From contig JAGHBZ010000077.1 of NCBI GenBank assembly GCA_021160705.1, positions 1 to 29,250 of the forward strand: a DNA stretch of 29,250 nt, read 5' to 3'. The stretch comes from Candidatus Sumerlaeota bacterium (GTDB lineage Bacteria; Sumerlaeota; Sumerlaeia; MWCT01; JAGHBZ01). The translations under genes were made by a program, and so were the position numbers. The notes beneath the pieces are model-generated. The model saw nothing but the letters and a program-made list of their open reading frames with translations, was not told the DNA's origin and did no database searches. Positions 9,671-16,744 of this stretch are shown in pieces (within the stretch, counting starts at the first letter, position 1; each line of letters opens with the position of its first letter).

Positions 9671-9766
9671 TACAGGTCGCTCCTACGGAGCTCGGATGTC
9701 TCTACTTGCTGCCATTAACCCCAGCGCTGACGCACTGGGCTACATACAGGTCGTTCCTTCAGAACT
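9671..9766. repeat. REP-like palindromic element cluster between convergent genes
   Basis: TACAGGTCGCTCCTACGGAGCT (9671-9692) and TACAGGTCGTTCCTTCAGAACT (9745-9766) are 18/22 identical and flank the hairpin CCCAGCGC-TGAC-GCACTGGG (9720-9739). Confidence 0.7.
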
Positions 9767-10083
9767 ATACAAAAATGAGGCGGCACAAATTTCATTTGTA
9801 AAATCTCAAATGGGAAATGTTATAAGAGACAGGAGGAACGAACCTGAGCGCTACCAGGGCAGTTTTTTGGGGCTTATGGAGGTTTGCATATAAGTGGTTT
9901 TCATCATTAAGAGTTTTAATTGCCATTTGAAATGCTCATAAATAACACTCAGCAACTTCTTATAATCGTACCATTTTACCGAGAACTATTTCTAAAGAGG
10001 TATTTTTTTTCTGTATCTGCAAGGCACAAACTGGCAAGCCAATATTAACGTTAGACTCGCTTTTCATTTTTAGGAGCGGTGAA

Positions 10084-10359
10084 CTACTTGGAGTTAATGT
10101 TTATCCATTTTAAAATCTTTTCCTTATTAGACAAATCTCCGATAATACGCTGAGAGTGTGGAGGGGTTTCTTTAACGAGTGTAGGTGTAGCAAGTATTCT
10201 TTCCTGTTCAGCCAGTTCAGGTCGTTCAGTCACATTGATGATATTTAACTTACATACGCCCTTGAGTTCCTCCTCACATATTTGACGAAGCACCGCAATT
10301 GAGCGGTGAGATTGGGTCGTGTTACCGCTGATAAACAATTATAAAAAAATCTTATTCAT
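10084..10359 (-). pseudogene. kaiB: KaiB-family protein with an in-frame TAA at codon 7 (or a shortened TTG-start form, 10338-10084)
   Basis: 'ICEEEL...L.II.V.E.PELAEQERILATPTLVK..P...RIIGDLS..EKIL' is the KaiB signature. Upstream reads ATG AAT AAG ATT TTT TTA TAA TTG TTT ATC (MNKIFL*LFISG). Confidence 0.75.
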
Positions 10360-10423
10360 ATTACTCTCTTTCATCTGATTCACATATCGTGTTTCTCCTG
10401 AGCTATCTACTATGTTATCCATA

Positions 10424-11236
10424 TCAAGCAGTATTTGTCTTTTCTCGCAGATGGAGGAGATTGAAATGCGGATACATACCAGAATAGACAGAATCACACT
10501 TCTTACTCATAAATCTTGCCCGAAGTTTATCCACTGCTTGTGCTTGAAAAGGCGGAGTCGGTTTATTTCTTTCATCCCCACCGGGTAAACTTAATATCAT
10601 CGTATCTTTTTTTAGGGTTACCATTCCGGGCGAGAAAGTATTTGACTGAGCGTTGAGGCTATATTGCTTTAAAATTCTGGAGCAGTCCTGCTCAAAGCCA
10701 CCGAGTTGTTTGTTTACCATATCTTTGATTAATGCCTCCTTTTTCTTTTCAAGGACAGAACTCATCACAGCAGATGAAGGATGTGCAACCGGGTTTTCAG
10801 AGCTCAGGTGCTCTGGTAGGTAGCGAAGAATAGCCTTTTTTTGGAGTTTACCATTCCAATACACCATAACGCCCAGTTTATCTTTATCTTTCAGGGTCTG
10901 AAGATTCTCCAAAAGAGTGCCTTTATATTTTTCGAGCATTGCTTTTAGGGTGTCCTCAGTGTGAAACAGCGTTGCGAACCCAAATGGTACTGCACAAGAA
11001 TATCTCATCACTCCTTCTATAAGTTTCATATGAAGATTTGTTTTAAGCGTGAGCCACTCCGAACGCGTGATATTCGTCGGGGTAAATTCTTCTGCAGAGA
11101 CTTTGCTCACAACGGCGTAAAGCCCCTGGTGATACACAAAATATACCCCCTGGTCTAAGTAATAAAGGTCTTTGATGTTGGGTATAATATTGGTCACACA
11201 ATAAAGATAAATAATGCTGTTTTTTTCTCTGCCCAT
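10424..11236 (-). CDS. GvpL/GvpF-family gas-vesicle accessory-like protein (divergent)
   Basis: N-terminal 'IYLYCVT', 'GLYAVVSKVSAEEF', 'H..LIEGVM....VPFGFATLF' resemble the GvpL/F pattern; the C-terminal GPWPPY-type motif is degenerate (SGMYPHF). Confidence 0.7.
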   Translation of the reverse strand: MGREKNSIIYLYCVTNIIPNIKDLYYLDQGVYFVYHQGLYAVVSKVSAEEFTPTNITRSEWLTLKTNLHMKLIEGVMRYSCAVPFGFATLFHTEDTLKAMLEKYKGTLLENLQTLKDKDKLGVMVYWNGKLQKKAILRYLPEHLSSENPVAHPSSAVMSSVLEKKKEALIKDMVNKQLGGFEQDCSRILKQYSLNAQSNTFSPGMVTLKKDTMILSLPGGDERNKPTPPFQAQAVDKLRARFMSKKCDSVYSGMYPHFNLLHLREKTNTA

Positions 11237-11271
11237 CTTTTCACCTCTATAAAAGAGCTTAATTATTTGAG

Positions 11272-12339
11272 TTAACCCGGATGCTGACGTGCAAGGGGAT
11301 GATTGAAATGAAACGCATAATTTCTGATTAGTTCGTCCGAACGGTATACAAAGTCTTTTCCCCCAGGGTTAACCACCGAATGGGGCGACAGGAGCGTAGC
11401 TTCTTTATAAGTTTGCTTAAGACCAAGTTGACTTATTACTTTATTGCCGGGAAGGAGGTTATCAGCGTGCCATAGTTTATCGGAGTATTTTTGCTTTATT
11501 TCAAGGGTATAAAAACTGTAAGGGGGAAGGGGACCTAGACATTGAAACTCTAGCTTCTCACCAAATCTGGTATTGAGCCATTCTACTTTATTATAGAACT
11601 CGTGTTTTTCTGATTTATTGATTAAGAGTGCGGCATTCATCACTATCCCGGGATTCATCGGCTCAAGCATTTTAAATTCACGACATATATCCTTAAAGAC
11701 ATTCTGTAATCTGGATACGAGTTCTTCTACTTTGCGTTTCAACACTTGCTGGGTCAAAGAATTCAGAGCAATTCGCTCGGTTAACGTTATCTTTCTATGA
11801 TTAGTTAACAGTTTTTCTTTCAATTCTTTTATTTCTTTTTGTTCGGCGACCTGTCGGAGTATGGCTTTGAAATCACGCCACGTGACAATAACGTCAATTT
11901 CTATAAGGTTCTTAATTTCTTTCAGTATCTCTTTCAGTAACCAGTATCCTTCCTGTAAGATATGTCTGACCTCAGTTTCGTTCTCGGCAAAGGTGCCAAT
12001 ATTTACCGGGATGATTGTATACTTTAGATTCATAATTTTCTCAATAACGTCTCGATGCTTTCTCTGTAGACGCTCAAGCAGGTTTCGTGGTAGATTCGTG
12101 ATGTCAATCATCCGAGAATCACTCACAAGGGCAGAGATGTCTTTATAAGGAATTGTATATATCCAGGTGGGTGTTTTAGTTTCTGCTATAGTTGTTGAGG
12201 GAATTGTTGTGGTAATACTGGCGAAGTCAGTCACCTGTGGCTTGTGTTCACGCCACTCTGAGAGCGAGACAGGAGTAAAAATCTGAAGTACATTACCGGA
12301 GTTTACAATGCCGTAGATATATTTGCCAAGTTTATTCAT
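11272..12339 (-). CDS. GvpF/GvpL-family protein with a C-terminal J-domain-like tail
   Basis: 'GKYIYGIV', 'IYTIPYKDISALVSDS', 'HRDVIEKIM...TIIPVNIGT', 'EIDVIVTW', 'GPLPPYSF', then 'LKQTYKEATLLSPHSVVNPG'. Confidence 0.8.
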   Translation of the reverse strand: MNKLGKYIYGIVNSGNVLQIFTPVSLSEWREHKPQVTDFASITTTIPSTTIAETKTPTWIYTIPYKDISALVSDSRMIDITNLPRNLLERLQRKHRDVIEKIMNLKYTIIPVNIGTFAENETEVRHILQEGYWLLKEILKEIKNLIEIDVIVTWRDFKAILRQVAEQKEIKELKEKLLTNHRKITLTERIALNSLTQQVLKRKVEELVSRLQNVFKDICREFKMLEPMNPGIVMNAALLINKSEKHEFYNKVEWLNTRFGEKLEFQCLGPLPPYSFYTLEIKQKYSDKLWHADNLLPGNKVISQLGLKQTYKEATLLSPHSVVNPGGKDFVYRSDELIRNYAFHFNHPLARQHPG

Positions 12340-12363
12340 TTGCTATTTATTTTTATTAGATGT

Positions 12364-12549
12364 CTAAAGCCTATTTATTCCGAGTTCTATTTTTTGTAAC
12401 CGCCTTTTAAGAATATTTCTAATTATGGATGGGCTCGCTTTTTGGTGTAGGAGTGAGATTTTGTCTTTCTGTAGTAGATATAATTCTAAATGAGCCCGCG
12501 AATGAATTTGGGGTATAGAACGTAATTTTATGCCGTGTATAGTCTTAAT
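12364..12549 (-). CDS. Unannotated 61-codon ORF with ATT start (or a start-codon-mutated gene)
   Basis: SD AAGGAGGT (12563-12557 region) lies 7 nt before ATT at 12549. The frame IKTIHGIKLRSIPQIHSRAHLELYLLQKDKISLLHQKASPSIIRNILKRRLQKIELGINRL ends at TAG 12364, 24 nt before the gvpF-like ATG. No in-frame ATG/GTG/TTG back to the upstream stop. Confidence 0.55.
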   Translation of the reverse strand: MKTIHGIKLRSIPQIHSRAHLELYLLQKDKISLLHQKASPSIIRNILKRRLQKIELGINRL

Positions 12550-12589
12550 TGGGAAAACCTCCTTTTCTATGGAAGCCTTTACAGAAAGT

Positions 12590-12619
12590 GGGAGATGGTC
12601 TGCGTACAGACCGTCTCCC
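12590..12619 (-). terminator. Strong hairpin (terminator, attenuator or processing stem)
   Basis: GGGAGACGGTCTG-TACG-CAGACCATCTCCC, a 13-bp stem with one mismatch, followed on the minus strand by ACTTTCT (only a weak U-tract). Confidence 0.55.
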
Positions 12620-12621
12620 CT

Positions 12622-12776
12622 GTGCCGCCGAGAGGTGTGATAGGTCAGAAGAGAGCCTCAACCTTCAGTGGCAAAACCGAGGGTTCACGCTCTCGACCCG
12701 GTATGTAGAAAGGTTATTCTCCAGAGCTGTGACTCACTTTTCAGGTTGGGTTTCGTGTACCCTCTCTGACGGCAAC
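12622..12776 (-). ncRNA. Rod-shaped structured RNA candidate with 6S (SsrS)-like architecture
   Basis: Nested pairings found by eye: GTTGCCGTC-A-GAGAGG/CCTCTC-GGCGGC-AC; a central bubble of 12 and 23 nt; CAACCT-GAAA-AGTG/CACT-GA-AGGTTG; TCAC-A-GCTCT/AGAGC-GTGA. The G-U wobble favours the minus strand. The 3' CGGCGGCAC resembles the 3' conserved end of E. coli 6S (CGGCGGCAUC). Confidence 0.5.
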
Positions 12777-12930
12777 TCTATTTGAAATTCAGAAGGAAAT
12801 GAGTACCTGTGTGAAGTAAGAAAGCCAAAAGAAGCATATTTATACTTTACTCATTCCCTTTACGCCGTTATTCACGGTTATCAAAGAGCATTATGTGTAT
12901 AATTTTTTTAATACTAATAAGTGAATAGTA

Positions 12931-12946
12931 TGCAATACACGTGCCA
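12931..12946 (-). promoter_or_regulatory. sigma54 (RpoN) -24/-12 promoter
   Basis: Minus strand TGGCACGTGTATTGCA matches the consensus TGGCACG-N4-TTGC(A/T) with exact GG-N10-GC spacing; it lies about 160 bp downstream of an NtrC-family gene. Confidence 0.85.
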
Positions 12947-13108
12947 GAGAGTATGCGAACCGAGAAGATATTTGAAGAGCCGATGATAAGCTTATGGGGA
13001 CTCTTATTGAGGGGTATGGTAAAAGATAAGAGGATGCATAAGAGAAGGATTGCTTAAGGAGTCAGTAAGTAGAGTGAGACAGAGGTGGGACAGAAGTGGA
13101 CGGAATTG

Positions 13109-14479
13109 TCACAATCCCACACTTTTTAATCTTCTGTAGAGAGCTTTTCTGTGTATGCCCAGGAGTTCAGCAGCTTTTGTCTTATTTCCCCCGGCTTCTG
13201 CAAGTGCCTTTACAATCAGCTCTCTTTCAATCCTCCTGGTTATATCATTCAATGAAAGTCTTTGCTCTAAACTCTTTAAGCCACCACTACTCTCCGGTGA
13301 GGTAATTATGTGTGGGGGTAAATGGCAGGGTTTAATATATTCAGAATTTGTCAGAAGTACCGCTCTTCTTATGACATTTTTCAACTCCCGCACATTACCC
13401 GGCCAGGAGTAATTAAGAAAGGCTCTCATTACCTCCGGAGAGAATCCTTTTATCTTTTTATTAAATTCTTGATTTGCTTTATCCAGGATATATTGAGCTA
13501 GTAGAGGAATATCATCTTTTCTTTCGCGAAGGGCTGGAAGTGTGATATAGAATTCGTTCAGACGATAAAAAAGGTCGTGTCTGAATTTACCAGTTCTAAC
13601 TTCTTCATTGAGATTAACGTTGGTAGCGGCGATAATTCTGACATCTACTTCTATAAGTTTCTTCCCACCAAGATGTTGAATGCATTTATTTTCAAGTACA
13701 CGGAGGAGTTTAGCCTGTGCGGGTAGGGAGAGATTGGTTATTTCATCCAGGAATAATGTGCCGCCGTTTGCGCGTTCAAACTCGCCTTCTTTTTTAGTAT
13801 CTGCCCCGGTAAACGCCCCTTTTTCGTAGCCGAAGAGTTCGCTTTCAATTAGTGTTTCAGGGATAGCGCCGCAGTTAACAGCAACAAAAGGTTTGTTTTT
13901 CCGGTGGCTTTCCTGGTGAATCATCTGAGCGATTAATTCTTTGCCGGTGCCACTTTCACCCTCCAAAATAATTGTCATATTGGTAGGGGCAATAATCTTG
14001 ACCTGCTTGATGACCTGTTTTATCTCCGGGCTGTCGCCTATCAGTTCTTCGACCTCGGTCTTTTCATTCAATCTTTTTCTGAGGGTCTCTACTTCTTTGC
14101 TCAGGTGGCGTGTGTGAAGAGCCTTCCTGATTACCAGCACTATTTCTTCGCTATCAAATGGTTTGGTAATGTAATCATAGGCGCCTAACTTCATTGCCTG
14201 AACCGCACTTTTCACGTCCCCGTATGCGGTAAGCATAATGACCAGGAGGTCTTTATCAATTTTTTTCATCTCCTCTAAGACAGTGATGCCATCTTTTCCG
14301 GGTAGACGCATATCCAATAGGACCAGTGCGGGCGGATTCTCTTTAACTTCCTTTAGAGCGCGTATTCCATCACCCACTGCGGTGACGTCGAACCCTTCAT
14401 CCTTTAATACATTAGAGAGGATGAACCGCATATCTTTGTTATCGTCAACTATTAAAATCCTTTCCATTTTCTTCTCCAA
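13109..14479 (-). CDS. sigma54-dependent response regulator (NtrC/AtoC family; REC-AAA+-Fis HTH)
   Basis: Receiver (ILIVDD, LLDMRLP, KP), Walker [15 protein letters not shown] loop, 'GTLFLDEI', 'WPGNVREL', HTH '[19 protein letters not shown]'. Confidence 0.95.
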   Translation of the reverse strand: MEKKMERILIVDDNKDMRFILSNVLKDEGFDVTAVGDGIRALKEVKENPPALVLLDMRLPGKDGITVLEEMKKIDKDLLVIMLTAYGDVKSAVQAMKLGAYDYITKPFDSEEIVLVIRKALHTRHLSKEVETLRKRLNEKTEVEELIGDSPEIKQVIKQVKIIAPTNMTIILEGESGTGKELIAQMIHQESHRKNKPFVAVNCGAIPETLIESELFGYEKGAFTGADTKKEGEFERANGGTLFLDEITNLSLPAQAKLLRVLENKCIQHLGGKKLIEVDVRIIAATNVNLNEEVRTGKFRHDLFYRLNEFYITLPALRERKDDIPLLAQYILDKANQEFNKKIKGFSPEVMRAFLNYSWPGNVRELKNVIRRAVLLTNSEYIKPCHLPPHIITSPESSGGLKSLEQRLSLNDITRRIERELIVKALAEAGGNKTKAAELLGIHRKALYRRLKSVGL

Positions 14480-14566
14480 TTACCCCTTTAACCGATTAAT
14501 AGATGAACCAACACACAGACCAGCTGATTCCTTGCTTTTTGTTTAAGTTCTAAATTTAGCTCCGAA

Positions 14567-15838
14567 TCACCTGCACACACTTGCTACCGATTCAGTGTCT
14601 TCTGAAGAAGAGACCTTTGAGAAAGGCTGCTTCAGCACCGGAAATCTCACCGTCACTTCAGTGCCTTCGCCAGGTTTACTCTTAATATGAAGCCTTCCGT
14701 TATGGTAACTAATAATCTGGTGGGCTAAATACAAACCTAACCCCACGCCGTCATCTTTCGTGGTAAAGAAGGGTTCAAATATTTTATTTAAATTTTCTTG
14801 AGAAATGCCATAGCCAGAGTCTTTGAACCTGACGATTACCTCTTCAGAGTGTGGGTCAAAATATGAGGTAATATTCAGATTCCCGCCCTCAGGCATAGCA
14901 TCGCACGCATTGAGGATAAAGTTTAGAAATGTCTCCTGAAGGCTTTTTTTGTTGAGCAGGAGCGGTGGAAGATTTCTGTTGATTCTACGAGTGATGCGAA
15001 TACCCTGGCGTGCACAACGACCCTTAACGAGCTCCAGTGCACTGGCAATGACCTCGCCAATATCTCCCATCTCAAGTGTCAGGTCGCGTGGTCTGGCAAA
15101 ATCAAGTATATCCTTAAGAATCTTATTTGCATTCTCTGCGTTATCTAAAATAATCTTCAGATACTTTCTCAGGAGTGTGGTGTCGGTATGATTGCTGAGG
15201 CAGACTTGAGCTGCGGCGACTATACAACTCAGTGGATTTCTGATTTCATGGGCAAAGCCAGAGGCAAACCTTCCGAGTGCAGCGAGTTTCTCAGCCTGGA
15301 TAAGTTCCTGCTGAGTTTCCTTTAGCTCGGTGTATGCCTTTCTGAGAGCCTCCTCAGTGCGTTTCCGCTCGGTGATGTCGCGTGCAATACCCTGGATTGC
15401 ATAAGGGCGTCCATTGCGGTAAATCATCGAAGCGGTGGTCTCAACAAAAACATACTCGCCGTTCTTGCATCTCAGTTTAAACTCTGTAAGCCCATCCTGG
15501 TAGCCGGTTTCAATTATTTCTTTAAGCACCTTACAGGCTTTTGGAATCTGGTCTTTGCTAAGCAAAGATTTAAAATTAAGTGTAGCGAGTTCCTCCTTCT
15601 TATAACCCAGTAAATGCAGTGCGGCTGGATTAGCGTCGATGAAGTTTCCTTCCAGGTCGTGGAGATACACACAATCAAGTGAACGCTCAAACAGCGCCCG
15701 GTATCTTTCTTGGGTTTCCCGGAGTGTCTCTTCCATTTTGAGGGATTTGCTCATATTCATCATCTCCGTTGTAGTCCTCCCGAAGAAGAGGTAATCTCCA
15801 GGATTAATATCTGTATTTTTCATTTTCTCAACAATCAT
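14567..15838 (-). CDS. PAS-domain sensor histidine kinase (NtrB/AtoS-like)
   Basis: One PAS-PAC domain ('DITERKR'), H-box 'FAHEIRNPL', N-box 'NFILNACDAM', G boxes 'DSGYGI', 'FEPFFTTK', 'GLGL'. Confidence 0.93.
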   Translation of the reverse strand: MIVEKMKNTDINPGDYLFFGRTTTEMMNMSKSLKMEETLRETQERYRALFERSLDCVYLHDLEGNFIDANPAALHLLGYKKEELATLNFKSLLSKDQIPKACKVLKEIIETGYQDGLTEFKLRCKNGEYVFVETTASMIYRNGRPYAIQGIARDITERKRTEEALRKAYTELKETQQELIQAEKLAALGRFASGFAHEIRNPLSCIVAAAQVCLSNHTDTTLLRKYLKIILDNAENANKILKDILDFARPRDLTLEMGDIGEVIASALELVKGRCARQGIRITRRINRNLPPLLLNKKSLQETFLNFILNACDAMPEGGNLNITSYFDPHSEEVIVRFKDSGYGISQENLNKIFEPFFTTKDDGVGLGLYLAHQIISYHNGRLHIKSKPGEGTEVTVRFPVLKQPFSKVSSSEDTESVASVCR

Positions 15839-16111
15839 AATTTCATTATTTCCTCCAGATAAATTTGGCGTCTAATTTTCTCTGTTCAATTAACGCCTTA
15901 TATTTTAAAATCAAATTATAGTACTGAGATTAAGAAATTGTGTCTATCAGACAAAGACTAATTCTCACGTAAGATTTTTGCTTTTTTCATTGTCGGATTT
16001 TGTCTTACAAAGGGTGGTTTTGTGGTGAGGGAAGAGGTATGTAACTTTTTTATTTTGAGTGTACTAGAAACTTAAGGGGAACAATTCTGAATTGCCATTA
16101 ATTATGAAATC

Positions 16112-16744
16112 TCACTCCACAAGATTATGTTTTATCACATAATAAGTGAGTTCAGCATTATTTTTCATCCCCATTTTTTGCAAAACACGTGACCTATAGG
16201 TGCTGATAGTCTTTATGCTAAGTGCCATTTCCTCAGCGATTTCCTTAACGGTCTTTCCGGAAGCAATCATACGCATCACCTGATACTCCCGGTCTGAGAG
16301 ACGTTCGTGTGGGAGTTTATCTGTGTCGGTATCCAGTCTTGAGGCGAGTTTTTCAGCAAAAGAAGGGCTGATATATTTTCTGCCCTGAGAGACTTTTCGG
16401 ATTGCTCCAATCAATTCGTCAGGGGCACTCTCTTTAGTGAGATAACCTGAAGCTCCTGCCTTTATTACACGTTCAGCATAATGTTCTTCAGGGTGGATAC
16501 TTAACATAAGGACCTGAATCTTTGGTTTTGCAAATTTAATTTCTTTTAAGACATCCAGACCACTTCGCCCGGGCATACTAATATCTAACAGGACCACATC
16601 AAAATCCTCCTTAAGCACTTTGTTGAGCACTTCTTGAGATGTGGCGGCTTCGCCTGCCACTACCATATCGTCGGTCTCTGCGAGTATCTGCTTTATGCCT
16701 TCCCGCACTATTGGGTGGTCATCTGCTATAAGTATTTTTATCAT
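16112..16744 (-). CDS. NarL/FixJ-family response regulator (REC-LuxR HTH; UvrY-like)
   Basis: 'ILIADDHPIVREG', 'LLDISMPG', 'LSDREYQV...IASGKTVKEIAEEMALSIKTISTYRSRVLQKM'. Confidence 0.95.
   Translation of the reverse strand: MIKILIADDHPIVREGIKQILAETDDMVVAGEAATSQEVLNKVLKEDFDVVLLDISMPGRSGLDVLKEIKFAKPKIQVLMLSIHPEEHYAERVIKAGASGYLTKESAPDELIGAIRKVSQGRKYISPSFAEKLASRLDTDTDKLPHERLSDREYQVMRMIASGKTVKEIAEEMALSIKTISTYRSRVLQKMGMKNNAELTYYVIKHNLVE

Noticed and set aside
9696-9893. 65-aa plus-strand ORF
   Set aside because: It runs through the REP-like hairpins and has no SD or motif.
12622-12776. c-di-GMP-I/II, lysine, cobalamin, Moco riboswitch or group II intron domain V
   Set aside because: Only 5-7 nt fragments match; the core consensus elements were not found by eye.
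12549-12785. 78-aa plus-strand ORF
   Set aside because: Antisense to the structured RNA and sigma54 transcript; TTG start with no SD.
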